Source of the DNA: a virus
Length of the DNA: 64,000 nucleotides
IMG/VR virus record: IMGVR_UViG_3300046697_000072
Direction: 5' to 3' (one strand)
The notes beneath the pieces are model-generated. The model ran no database searches. It had not been told where the DNA came from and worked only from the letters and a program-made list of their open reading frames with translations. Of the stretch, positions 25,471-33,604 are shown one piece after another; position 1 is the first letter of the stretch, and each line of letters begins with the position of its first letter. Both the position numbers and the translations under genes were made by a program.

Positions 25471-25895
25471 CGCTTCCTCCCCTCCGCGCGCCGAGGCTTC
25501 GGGCGCTCTTCAAGCAGCCCTTTTAATGTCTTTCCAAACACCGCATTGATGGCCGCGTCAAGCTCCTTCGGGGGCTTCGGGCGCTCGCGGATCTCCTCAG
25601 TCTCCCGCCGGGCCGCGTGGTCGATGCGGATAAACTCTTCTGTCACGTCCTCAAAACAGAGGCCCATCCGTGCGGGTCTACACAACCTACTTGCTTTCTC
25701 CCGCGCCTGCTCCAACGTCATCGCGCCGGAGGGCGGCTGCTCTGCCGGTGACTCGGCAAGGGCGATGGCGGCACGCAGGCTGTACAGTGCTTCGTCAAGG
25801 CCGTGGTCTTGTGGAGTGGCCTCCCATTCGGTTATCACGTCAATTGCCGCCCTGTACAGCGGCACCAGCGCCGCAGGGTTCAGCTCTTTGGGCAT
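25467..25895 (-). CDS. hypothetical protein, 142 aa
   Basis: Clean ORF. Confidence 0.55.
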   Translation of the reverse strand: MPKELNPAALVPLYRAAIDVITEWEATPQDHGLDEALYSLRAAIALAESPAEQPPSGAMTLEQAREKASRLCRPARMGLCFEDVTEEFIRIDHAARRETEEIRERPKPPKELDAAINAVFGKTLKGLLEERPKPRRAEGRKR

Positions 25896-26461
25896 TGCGG
25901 CTCCTCTCTCTTGCGGGCTTCAAGGAATGCTTTCACGGCGGGTAAGTTTCGCTCGTACATCTTACGCTCCAGTAGTTCTAGGGAATCTCGCTTGAAATCC
26001 ATACCGGCGAACTGCATCTCGCCGTCATCCCCGTAGCCCATACCGTTGCTCCACGCCATCCACAGGAGTTCTCTCAATCTCTGATTCTCGGCGTTCTGCG
26101 AAGCGGACTCGGCAAGCTCCAATAAGCGATCTAGGCTACGATTTTCTTCATCGCTTGGCGGCTTCTCCTCACTCTCTTGGATAACCGGCCCCTTCCGCCC
26201 GATGATGGACTCTATTAGCGCTTCGTTCTGAGCCTTCAACCGCGCCGTATCCAGCCGCGCCGATGCGAGTTCGGCTTTCAACTTTGTAACCCGTTCCGTT
26301 AGCGACTCGTTTTGCGCCTTCAGCGACTCGACGCACGCCGCAAGTTCAAATCCTACCGGGTGCTCGCCAATGGAGTCCCAGGCTTCCGCGAGTTCGGCTT
26401 GCGCGGCGGCAAGTTGCCGTCTCAGATCGGTTACGTTGTGGTTCGGGTCCATCTCAGGCAT
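25880..26461 (-). CDS. coiled-coil protein, 193 aa
   Basis: Heptad-like LKAQNE repeats. Confidence 0.55.
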   Translation of the reverse strand: MPEMDPNHNVTDLRRQLAAAQAELAEAWDSIGEHPVGFELAACVESLKAQNESLTERVTKLKAELASARLDTARLKAQNEALIESIIGRKGPVIQESEEKPPSDEENRSLDRLLELAESASQNAENQRLRELLWMAWSNGMGYGDDGEMQFAGMDFKRDSLELLERKMYERNLPAVKAFLEARKREEPQCPKS

Positions 26462-26464
26462 TCT

Positions 26465-26569
26465 TCACCCCGCAATCAGCACTCCAGCGAAACGCATCAC
26501 CACCCCAAACCCGATCAGGATGGAAAAACACAGCAGGTTCGTGCCGAGGCACTTCAGGACCGGGATCAT
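26465..26569 (-). CDS. membrane micropeptide, 34 aa
   Basis: SD GGAGGA and ATGA coupling. Product MIPVLKCLGTNLLCFSILIGFGVVM.. Confidence 0.4.
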   Translation of the reverse strand: MIPVLKCLGTNLLCFSILIGFGVVMRFAGVLIAG

Positions 26570-27024
26570 GGGTGTTCCTCCGGCGCGGCGATCATCTTGA
26601 ATCCCTGCCCACGGAACAACTCGTAAACTGTGCTTCCCGTCGAAGTCTGAAGGTAGGGGAAGAAAACTTCACTGGCTTCCGCCATCCCGCAGTCGATCAT
26701 GGCAAGCTGAGCCTGCACCCAGCGCAACAACTGCCTCCACGCCACGCGTTCGGCCTGCTCCCTGTCTTTCACCGCATTCGACATCCGGTTGTACTGCCGC
26801 CGCCCATTGATCTTCTTGAACACCGGGTCTACCCGAGCGGGCATGGCAAACACCTGATCTCCACCTCCAGGAACGGACAGCACCCATCTCAGTCCTACAA
26901 CCCGACCTGAGTTGTAGTCTGTAGCGATCTGCTTCGCACCAGAGCGGACCAACAGATCGGTGATCTCCCCCGCTGTTTTTCCAGCGGGAATCCCGGTGGT
27001 CTCCATGTACAACGTTGACTTCAT
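26566..27024 (-). CDS. hypothetical protein, 152 aa
   Basis: Start MKSTLYME lies inside a palindrome copy. Confidence 0.5.
   Translation of the reverse strand: MKSTLYMETTGIPAGKTAGEITDLLVRSGAKQIATDYNSGRVVGLRWVLSVPGGGDQVFAMPARVDPVFKKINGRRQYNRMSNAVKDREQAERVAWRQLLRWVQAQLAMIDCGMAEASEVFFPYLQTSTGSTVYELFRGQGFKMIAAPEEHP
27007..27020. repeat. palindrome copy GTACAACGTTGACT
   Basis: Codons 2-6 of CDS 26566-27024. Confidence 0.9.
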
Positions 27025-27194
27025 TTCGGGCTCCACGCGATAGCGACAAGAGCATAGATTCCCGAGAACGCCATCAACGGCCAGTTGCACGGGGGGATCG
27101 CCGCTAGAGTCGCCCCGATAAGTGATCCGGCTCCAAGCGTCCACATCCAGAACAGGCGAAAGTCTCTGTGCGTCGTATTACGCTGGCTCAGCAT
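27021..27194 (-). CDS. small membrane protein
   Basis: SD AAGGAG before the ATG at 27194. Confidence 0.45.
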   Translation of the reverse strand: MLSQRNTTHRDFRLFWMWTLGAGSLIGATLAAIPPCNWPLMAFSGIYALVAIAWSPK

Positions 27195-27391
27195 TTCGGC
27201 TCCTTTCGCTTGGCGGTGGCTTCGACCCCAATAAACAGTTCGTCGCACCCGGCCTCATAGCAGCCGTGTGTCAGGAAGTGCTCGATCTGCTCGTCGGTTC
27301 CCTCAATGATGATGGTCGGGGGCCAGCGCTCGGCGATAGATCCGTACCGCTCAACATCCGCCTTCAACGTAATACGCCGCGTGCCGTTCAT
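27188..27391 (-). CDS. hypothetical protein, 67 aa
   Basis: SD GGGAGGCGGAGGGG before the ATG at 27391. Confidence 0.45.
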   Translation of the reverse strand: MNGTRRITLKADVERYGSIAERWPPTIIIEGTDEQIEHFLTHGCYEAGCDELFIGVEATAKRKEPKC

Positions 27392-27404
27392 CCCCTCCGC
27401 CTCC

Positions 27405-27923
27405 CTAATTATCAAAACCGAACACAACCCGAATTTGAGACGGATCACCTAGACAACGCATGATCGCTAGATCCCGGAAGAAGGCTAGACCCAGAAATTC
27501 CAGAAACGTGACCGTGACCCCGTTTCCCGATCCGGCGTCAGCCGCCCCGTTCCCGTCCTTCATGCAGCGGCGATCCTCGAAAGTCTGGCCGTAGTCGAAC
27601 GCCAGCAACTCATCCAAGCCGAGCCAAGAAAAAGAATGCTCCCCAAAAGGGAGATCGTCCGGATCGCATCCTTTCATGTCTTCGGGAAAGCCCCGTGCCT
27701 TGGAGAGCGGTGGAACGAAGCTGTAATTCCGGACATCCGCCAAGAAGGCGAACATGCCGTAACACCTCCAGGTAAATGGTTCCGGAGAAGACCGGCTCCA
27801 CCTGGATTCCGCATTGAATAAATCCGGGGAAACATCCGGGAACAGCCGCGCCTCGACCGTCTTCCATTCACCGTCCTTAAACACCTGAACTCTGCTATGT
27901 ATGTCGCAACCCATTATGTCCAC
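27405..27923 (-). CDS. hypothetical protein, 172 aa (MGCDIH.. family)
   Basis: Clean ORF. Confidence 0.55.
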   Translation of the reverse strand: MDIMGCDIHSRVQVFKDGEWKTVEARLFPDVSPDLFNAESRWSRSSPEPFTWRCYGMFAFLADVRNYSFVPPLSKARGFPEDMKGCDPDDLPFGEHSFSWLGLDELLAFDYGQTFEDRRCMKDGNGAADAGSGNGVTVTFLEFLGLAFFRDLAIMRCLGDPSQIRVVFGFDN

Positions 27924-28144
27924 TCCGGATTTTCCTTTGCAGCCTTCATCATCTCTGCGAACTCCGGACCAACCGTGTACCGTCCCGAAGCATCGTCAAA
28001 CTTCAGCTTAGATCCACGCTTGTTCATCCGGGCTCGCTGCAACGACCCTTTGTAATCCGCGCCCATCTCCTGGCACAACCGGTCCAGAAAAATCGCACCC
28101 TCGGGATCAGCGTCCCCTTCATCCACCGCCCGGCGTCCGGTCAC
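27914..28144 (-). CDS. hypothetical protein, 76 aa (GTG start overlapping the upstream stop)
   Basis: GTGA overlap at 28144-28141. G/C-rich third positions resume in this frame. Confidence 0.45.
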   Translation of the reverse strand: MTGRRAVDEGDADPEGAIFLDRLCQEMGADYKGSLQRARMNKRGSKLKFDDASGRYTVGPEFAEMMKAAKENPEWT

Positions 28145-28341
28145 GACCGGAACAACTCCGGGTGATCTACCTCGAACTGCCACACCCTCTTCAGGGCCAG
28201 CGTGGATTCGACCTCCAACCGGATGTATTCCAGGTTCAGATCCCTGTACTGGGTCTGCACCTCCGGAGTCGGTTCCAGAAACTTTTCTAGATTGCTCAGG
28301 TCTATTTTCCTGTAGTGCCTCTTTTCCCTCTTCGCCCCCAT
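28141..28341 (-). CDS. 66-aa ORF, or the C-terminal part of the zinc-ribbon protein after a frame change
   Basis: By my hand count, third positions are about 79% G/C here versus about 33% in the long-ORF frame. SD GGAGGAAACGAGCG lies upstream. Confidence 0.5.
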   Translation of the reverse strand: MGAKREKRHYRKIDLSNLEKFLEPTPEVQTQYRDLNLEYIRLEVESTLALKRVWQFEVDHPELFRS

Positions 28342-28657
28342 CGCTCGTTTCCTCCAACCAGTCGATCTTCTCTGGGACTACTCCCCCCAGCGTCGTCATC
28401 CCCAACGCGCTCTTGAACGCCTCGATCACCGCCGCCTTCGGATGCGTGGGCTTCTCTGGGGTATCCTTCTTTATAACCGGTGCCGCTTCCCTCTTCACGG
28501 CCCCCTTCTGCTTCCCTACCACCGGTGCCCTCCTCACTTCACCAATCCCCTCCCGCCATCTCAGGCTCTTGCACCTCGGGCATTGCACCGGTTCCCCGTC
28601 AATTCGACTCTCCCATATCGCCCCGCATTTCCCGCATTCGTTTCGGTCGCCCTTCAT
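28336..28657 (-). CDS. zinc-ribbon protein, N-terminal coding segment
   Basis: ATG at 28657 follows a promoter and AGAGGGA. CGKCG..17..CPRC ribbon. The frame has no stop before the coding signal shifts at the G5 run (28339-28335). Confidence 0.5.
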
Positions 28658-28673
28658 GCTTTCCCTCTTCATA

Positions 28674-28702
28674 ATAATAATAGTAATATGTTCCAGTGTC
28701 AA
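28674..28702 (-). promoter_or_regulatory. consensus promoter TTGACA-17-TATTAT for the leftward small-gene block
   Basis: Minus strand: -35 at 28702-28697 and -10 at 28679-28674. Confidence 0.6.
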
Positions 28703-29790
28703 GCCCTTTTTTGCCCTTATTTTCAATTTCACCCTTTATTTGTAGCCGAAATTTCAAAACTAACCTGTGCCCCCGGAGGGGTTCAATCGCCTCTCGACGC
28801 CGCCATGCCATAGACCGGGGTAGCCTTGGGCCTAGGGTCTTGACTTGCCCCGCGTTCCGTGGGGTGCCTTGCCCCGTAACGGGGTCTTGACTTGCGGGTT
28901 CTCGCGGAGCTAACCCCCTGAAACCAAAGGGGCGGCGGCGGAAAAAATCGCGGCGGCGGCGGCTGCCGATGAGTGCATTTCACGGCGCGGCGGGCGGTTG
29001 AACGCAAGGCGCAAGACGGGGTAGGAACACCGACGGGCAAGTGGGTATAGCCTGGAAGAGACCTCAAGCCTGGTAAGCAGCGCTGTGAATGACAGAGTAG
29101 GGCAACGCAAACGAGTCGATAGCCTGTCGGAATGTTACGGGAGTCGGCAGATAGCGAGCTTAGAACCTGAACGTCGGGTCTTCGGAATGCTAAGGCTTGA
29201 TGGGATGGCAGAGCGCAAGCGGGGGTAAGGCCCCGGTTTTGACAACTGAATAGACACCCGTCCGAGGAAACCCGTGAGCATAGAGCCACGGGGAACCTGG
29301 GAAGGGGGATGCGATCCAGGTTAGGCAAGGACGCGCGTGGCAGTCCCCGGCTCACAGAGGCGCGGGGATGGAGAGGACCAGGGCAATACACTGTTCGACT
29401 GGTCCGGGAATCGGGAATTGGCCCGGTTTGAGGTACAAAGCCTGTCCGCGAGTAGCCACTGGTAATCGGCCCCGTCACACCCCAGGACTTGTACACCGGA
29501 CGGAAGGGGGTATACCACGACCAGACGACAAAGGACTGTCCACGCATGACGGCCTGCTGGTGGTGGATTGGTTTTCGGGGGACAGGAGAGACGCCCGGAT
29601 TCGGCTGGCAACAACCATCCGGCGTTAGACCACAGGATTCGGCTGGCAACAACCTACCTGCGGTTCTCCCCTGTCCCCCACATCTTGTCCGTAGGCTCCG
29701 CTGATAGTCCAAGGCCCCGGTTTTGGGGTATCAGCAGGCCCTACGTGCAACGTTGGACCCCACGGGCTGCTATCCCCGTGGACATCAAAT
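28703..29790. other. 1.1-kb non-coding, hairpin- and repeat-rich region (candidate large structured RNA or control region)
   Basis: No credible ORF. Twin GGGTCTTGACTTGC boxes, a (GGC)n-A6-(GGC)n tract, two AAGGCCCCGGTTTT copies and a nested stem with twin hairpins at 29577-29679. Confidence 0.6.
29745..29758. repeat. palindrome copy GTGCAACGTTGGAC
   Basis: Intergenic, 50 nt upstream of 29808. Confidence 0.95.
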
Positions 29791-29807
29791 CACAGGAGAG
29801 TAACACC

Positions 29808-30215
29808 ATGACGAATCTCGCAGAGCAGTTGAAAGCAGTCGATACCCAGGTTGCGGTCATTGCCGCAGCCAACCCCCAGAAGATCAACGGCGCGGTTAAC
29901 CCGATGGCCGAAATGCAAGCCGAATTGGCCCGTCTCAAGGCCGAGAATGACGGCCTCCGCGCGGAGAAGGCCATGAAACAGTCGGGCACCCTGACAATCC
30001 GCCTGTCCCAGAAAGGCGCGGTCAGTGTCTATGGTCTGGGTCGCTTCCCCGTCACCCTACACCGCGAGCAGTGGGAGAAGCTGGCCAGGATCATGGACAA
30101 GATTCTGGCGTACATCTTGTCCGACCCGACCGAGGTTCTGGACGAGAAGGACGAGACGGGCAAGGCCACTGGCCGCAAGATCACCGTCAAGCTGTCCACC
30201 AAGCCAGTGAAGTAG
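29808..30215 (+). CDS. hypothetical protein, 135 aa
   Basis: ATG follows CACAGGAGAG. Confidence 0.6.
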   Translation: MTNLAEQLKAVDTQVAVIAAANPQKINGAVNPMAEMQAELARLKAENDGLRAEKAMKQSGTLTIRLSQKGAVSVYGLGRFPVTLHREQWEKLARIMDKILAYILSDPTEVLDEKDETGKATGRKITVKLSTKPVK

Positions 30216-30232
30216 ACACGCGGGTACTGTAT

Positions 30233-30256
30233 GCCAGTCTGGACAATCAGACTGGC
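30233..30256 (+). other. intergenic hairpin GCCAGTCTG/CAGACTGGC
   Basis: 9-bp perfect stem with no T-tract. Confidence 0.5.
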
Positions 30257-30260
30257 CCGC

Positions 30261-30275
30261 AGGTCCCACGGACCT
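30261..30275 (+). promoter_or_regulatory. conserved leader hairpin AGGTCC-CAC-GGACCT, 5' of the SD
   Basis: Same element as at 31341-31355. Confidence 0.5.
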
Positions 30276-30292
30276 AACCACAGGAGAAAGCA

Positions 30293-30472
30293 ATGCCGAA
30301 ATACCACGTGTTCCAGAACGGGCTACTGGTCTTCCCGAATGACCTGGCAGACTTTCAAGCGGCCATTACGCGCTACAGGAAAGCCGTAGCCGAAACAGCC
30401 GGGCGTCCCCGGTGTGTTGTTGCACTGCGGAAGCGCCACGGCAGCCGCAGGCTCCGCAGATTCGAGACGTAG
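30293..30472 (+). CDS. hypothetical protein, 59 aa
   Basis: CACAGGAGAAAGCA then ATG. Confidence 0.5.
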   Translation: MPKYHVFQNGLLVFPNDLADFQAAITRYRKAVAETAGRPRCVVALRKRHGSRRLRRFET

Positions 30473-30685
30473 GCTGAGTCTGAGGGGACTCACCACCAGG
30501 GATGCTCGGTGCCAAAAAAGGAGGTACTATGCGCGGGCATTAGGCTAAAGCCCGCTGTAAACCATCGCTCACAATTCGCGCCCCACGTCTTGGGAATCGT
30601 GGGGCAAGCCCGCATTCTCTCAGCCGCCAAGTGGCGCGGGTGGAAGCTGTACGCCAATGAGAGAGAATCAACACAGGAGAGAACC

Positions 30686-30907
30686 ATGAAAGCTCATCCG
30701 AAGCCGAAGTGCCTGACGTGTCGCCTAGTCCGGGCGACCCGCGAGGCTGAGAAGCACCCGAGTCAGACCAGTTGCCTTGCCGTCGTGTCGCTGGCCGAAC
30801 GCCACCGGAATTACGTGGGCGTGGCAGACGCCTGCCCCGTCCATTCCAACCACCGCGACGTGATCCGCATCGTCCAGTCGGCGGAGTACGTCGCCTACTC
30901 GCTGTAG
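30686..30907 (+). CDS. hypothetical Cys-rich protein, 73 aa
   Basis: ACACAGGAGAGAACC then ATG. Confidence 0.5.
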   Translation: MKAHPKPKCLTCRLVRATREAEKHPSQTSCLAVVSLAERHRNYVGVADACPVHSNHRDVIRIVQSAEYVAYSL

Positions 30908-31066
30908 GGCCTTGACTCGCTAGATTTCCGCCCGATTTCCGCTCTTTCCGCACCACGGTTTCAGGCTTGACCGGTATGCATTAGCATACCGCCAGAGAAT
31001 AACTCTTGTCAAGCCGTAACCCTGTCCGCAGACGTTAACCAGCACAATTCACAGGAGAAATACCCT

Positions 31067-31291
31067 ATGTCACAGACCAACAAGTTCTCACGATGGTACG
31101 CTTACAACGCGAGACCCGATTTACTCAAGCCGAAAGTGACCGTCCATGACGCTACAGTCAAGAGCTTCAACGCGCTATTCACCGCGCCTCCGGTTCCAGT
31201 GCCCATACCCCACAAACCGGCGTGCAACGTTGCACCCCGCTCACTGTCGAGATACTGGATCATGCGGACCTACGGCCCCGCATTCCTCTAA
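31067..31291 (+). CDS. hypothetical protein, 74 aa
   Basis: CACAGGAGAAATACCCT then ATG. Confidence 0.5.
   Translation: MSQTNKFSRWYAYNARPDLLKPKVTVHDATVKSFNALFTAPPVPVPIPHKPACNVAPRSLSRYWIMRTYGPAFL
31222..31235. repeat. palindrome copy GTGCAACGTTGCAC (perfect 14-mer)
   Basis: Inside CDS 31067-31291. Confidence 0.95.
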
Positions 31292-31340
31292 GCATCGGAC
31301 GTAGGTACTGTCGGTGGCTCTGGCGAACGGAGCCATCCGC

Positions 31341-31355
31341 AGGTCCTATGGACCT
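31341..31355 (+). promoter_or_regulatory. conserved leader hairpin AGGTCC-TAT-GGACCT, 5' of the SD
   Basis: Second copy, preceded by CCGC and followed by CACAGGAG. Confidence 0.5.
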
Positions 31356-31367
31356 CACAGGAGAACT

Positions 31368-31670
31368 ATGAAACACCCCGACTACGAACTCGGCACGATT
31401 ACGCACATGGGCTGCTGGACCGATATGCGATGTGCCCTCGGAAATCTTCTCGGAGCTACCCTTACCCCCAGCATTACTCCGCTAGAGCACGGATGGCGAG
31501 TGTCTGTCCGCTCTCGGACTCGTTTATCGGCATCCCACGCCCTGTGGCTTGCTGGCTGGTTTAATGGCGCGGCTTTCGCGTGGGGCGCGTCTCCGCTGGC
31601 CGTTTTCCCGATTGTTACGGCGCGTGTTTCGGAAGTGGCATACTTCGAACATCCGGAGGATTTGGTGTAA
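31368..31670 (+). CDS. hypothetical protein, 100 aa
   Basis: CACAGGAGAACT then ATG. Confidence 0.5.
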   Translation: MKHPDYELGTITHMGCWTDMRCALGNLLGATLTPSITPLEHGWRVSVRSRTRLSASHALWLAGWFNGAAFAWGASPLAVFPIVTARVSEVAYFEHPEDLV

Positions 31671-31672
31671 CC

Positions 31673-31846
31673 ATGTCTGAAGGAGTGCTCGATCTGCTGG
31701 TGTCCATCCACCACCAGCTTGCGACCGATTCCGACCTGGATACGGTCACAGCCCCGGAGAAGTACCGGGCGCTGAGAATGAGAATTGAAGGCGTCTTGGC
31801 TCACACGCCATACGCCTATCTCTGCACAGGAGGTCCGCAAGAATGA
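31673..31846 (+). CDS. hypothetical protein, 57 aa
   Basis: ATG lies 3 nt after the upstream stop. Confidence 0.4.
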   Translation: MSEGVLDLLVSIHHQLATDSDLDTVTAPEKYRALRMRIEGVLAHTPYAYLCTGGPQE

Positions 31847-32280
31847 AACACCTTTACGATCCGTACTACCAGAAGACCATCGAGGAGCGTATCGCCGACG
31901 CTGGATGGTTCGACGGTGGCGAAAAGGAATGGCAGTCTCTGCCGCTCCAGGAGCGGGAAGACTTGGCGTTCACTGCCACCGGCTGTCAGGTGGCGTATCC
32001 AACGTGGCACAAGCCGGTGTATTGCGTTCACGTCCGGTGCCAAATTCGGCGTGGGGAGCTACCCCAGATTGCCCTGCTGAACCATGAACTCCAGTCGCAG
32101 GCTGAGAACTGGTGGAGGTTCATTGGCCGGGAGTCTGGACGCGGCCAGCGTTCCAAGCAAGGCCGGATCACGCTTGCCAAACTCTACCGGCATTACCGCA
32201 AGATGGCAATGGAGCGGAAGGAGTATGACCTCTGGAAGCTTGGCGGCGTCGGCATTGCGATGGTAGGAGTGATGGCATGA
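31843..32280 (+). CDS. hypothetical protein, 145 aa
   Basis: ATGA coupling. Confidence 0.55.
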   Translation: MKHLYDPYYQKTIEERIADAGWFDGGEKEWQSLPLQEREDLAFTATGCQVAYPTWHKPVYCVHVRCQIRRGELPQIALLNHELQSQAENWWRFIGRESGRGQRSKQGRITLAKLYRHYRKMAMERKEYDLWKLGGVGIAMVGVMA

Positions 32281-32480
32281 GAGCACCCCGAACCATGACT
32301 CGTTGCCGTAAGCTGGTGGCTACCAGCCACGACGGGCGCTACGCCTACTACCTGGATTCCCGCGATCTGTACATCTACCAACTCAGCCTGCTGAGTCAGG
32401 TCTGGGTTGGATGGCTCTGTACCGTGGCCGTCTGGGACGCCGTGTTCAGTAAATCGGATTCGTTTCAACTCGCGGACTAG
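32277..32480 (+). CDS. hypothetical protein, 67 aa
   Basis: ATGA coupling. Confidence 0.45.
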   Translation: MRAPRTMTRCRKLVATSHDGRYAYYLDSRDLYIYQLSLLSQVWVGWLCTVAVWDAVFSKSDSFQLAD

Positions 32481-32561
32481 GGGTTTTCAGCAGGATGGCC
32501 TGTTGAGAGCAGGCCACCTTGCCGGGTATCCTTACACCCGGATTTCACAGGAGAATAATCT

Positions 32562-32771
32562 ATGGACCCTGACGCGAATTTGAAAGAACAACTCGAAATC
32601 GCCCGCGCAATCCGGGCATCCTACGACGATTGCAACGCCGATGGTACGCTCACTGAAGGCCAGCAGCAATATGTGGCTGAGATAGCCGAGCGGTTTTCCG
32701 AATTGGCGCTGGCCCTCGACGTATGGATAAGCAAGGGCGGATTCCTACCCGCCCGCTGGAGGAACGCATGA
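32562..32771 (+). CDS. hypothetical protein, 69 aa
   Basis: CACAGGAGAATAATCT then ATG. Confidence 0.55.
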   Translation: MDPDANLKEQLEIARAIRASYDDCNADGTLTEGQQQYVAEIAERFSELALALDVWISKGGFLPARWRNA

Positions 32772-33130
32772 ACACCATACGACTCGACGAGAAAGCAGTC
32801 AAGGCGATATTCGAGACGGCGGAAAACCAGTCCGACGCCCTTATCGCGCTTTACCGCATGGTATTCCCAGAGTGGGACCGCATCACGAAGATCGACGGCT
32901 GGCCCACATGCAACAAGTCCACATGGAAGTCCATCTGTGAACGGTTCATGGACCTTGACCGGCGCAAGCACGCCGATGTTATGCCCGGCGGAATGTGGAT
33001 GAACAACGGGTTCTCCAGCCGCGAGGGGGAGCACCTGAAAGACTGGCAAGTGGAGCGCTGCCCGGTCGTCATGGAACCGGAAACGCCTGGACCGTCCAAC
33101 GTTGTACAGCCGCAAGCGATTGCGGCATAG
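32768..33130 (+). CDS. hypothetical protein, 120 aa
   Basis: ATGA coupling at 32768. Confidence 0.55.
   Translation: MNTIRLDEKAVKAIFETAENQSDALIALYRMVFPEWDRITKIDGWPTCNKSTWKSICERFMDLDRRKHADVMPGGMWMNNGFSSREGEHLKDWQVERCPVVMEPETPGPSNVVQPQAIAA
33094..33107. repeat. palindrome copy GTCCAACGTTGTAC
   Basis: 3' end of CDS 32768-33130. Confidence 0.95.
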
Positions 33131-33137
33131 GAGAGCG

Positions 33138-33254
33138 ATGAGATACCTTGAACTGGGCGGGGCGGCCATAGTTGGGCTGGCGATTCTGTCTCTGCTTATG
33201 GACTTGCTCAACGATTTCATCTGCCGGAGTATCGGCGGGAAGGTGGGACGGTAA
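33138..33254 (+). CDS. membrane micropeptide, 38 aa
   Basis: SD TAGGAGAGCG. Hydrophobic core. Confidence 0.4.
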   Translation: MRYLELGGAAIVGLAILSLLMDLLNDFICRSIGGKVGR

Positions 33255-33511
33255 TGGCTCTCACGAAGAAACAACTTCGTAGGCTGGAGGAAATCCGCTA
33301 TGCCTTGTCGAGCGGCGTAGCGTACCTGAGAAAGCCGACTATCGCCGTCTGCATTAAAGGCTCCCCAGCCACCACAACCTATCACGCGGTACGCCCGCTC
33401 GATGGCGTCACGCTCTATGAAGTCGAGAAAGAGATGGGCTCGGAGTTGTGCATGGCTTTCACTGCCCTGCACTCCCTTGAGAAGATGATTGAAGAGGAGC
33501 GGCCCGCATGA
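33254..33511 (+). CDS. hypothetical protein, 85 aa
   Basis: TAATG coupling. Confidence 0.5.
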   Translation: MALTKKQLRRLEEIRYALSSGVAYLRKPTIAVCIKGSPATTTYHAVRPLDGVTLYEVEKEMGSELCMAFTALHSLEKMIEEERPA

Positions 33512-33600
33512 CCCGCACTGTGGCTGGATGGCTGGCCGTGGCTGCTATCTTCATTGGGGCCTATGGCCTCTACTGCATCGCCACGGGGTTCTGGAGGTAG
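33508..33600 (+). CDS. membrane micropeptide, 30 aa
   Basis: ATGA coupling. Product MTRTVAGWLAVAAIFIGAYGLYCIATGFWR. Confidence 0.35.
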   Translation: MTRTVAGWLAVAAIFIGAYGLYCIATGFWR

Positions 33601-33604
33601 ACAA

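Noticed and set aside
27914-28732. Single 272-aa protein as given by the ORF track.
   Set aside because: A promoter (28702-28674) lies inside its first 20 codons, and the codon bias switches frame in 28141-28341. I split it into segments (see the finding).
28770-28805. tRNA/tmRNA-like 3' end (GGAGGGGTTCAATCGCCTC...GCCGCCA).
   Set aside because: The T-arm cannot form a 5-bp stem with a 7-nt loop, there is no acceptor or anticodon arm upstream, and the upstream sequence is the promoter and coding region of a minus-strand gene.
29049-29470. Possible cobalamin riboswitch or RNase P-like strings (AGCCTGGAAGAGACC, GCCACTGG, GAGGAAACCC).
   Set aside because: These are isolated partial matches without the required surrounding helices or order. 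No relevant downstream gene.
29471-29497. CCCGTCACACC and CTTGTACACC, resembling the 16S rRNA decoding-site region.
   Set aside because: The two segments are in the wrong order and spacing relative to 16S, and nothing else nearby is rRNA-like. Probably chance, noted only in case the region acts as an RNA mimic.
28783-29712. 309-aa minus-strand ORF filling the large intergenic region.
   Set aside because: TTG start, no SD, extreme Arg/Pro/Ser/Cys bias with very few Lys/Glu/Asp/Ile, and a (CCG)n tract. I treated it as an open frame in GC-rich structured DNA. Its length is still unusual, so it is worth a proteomics check.
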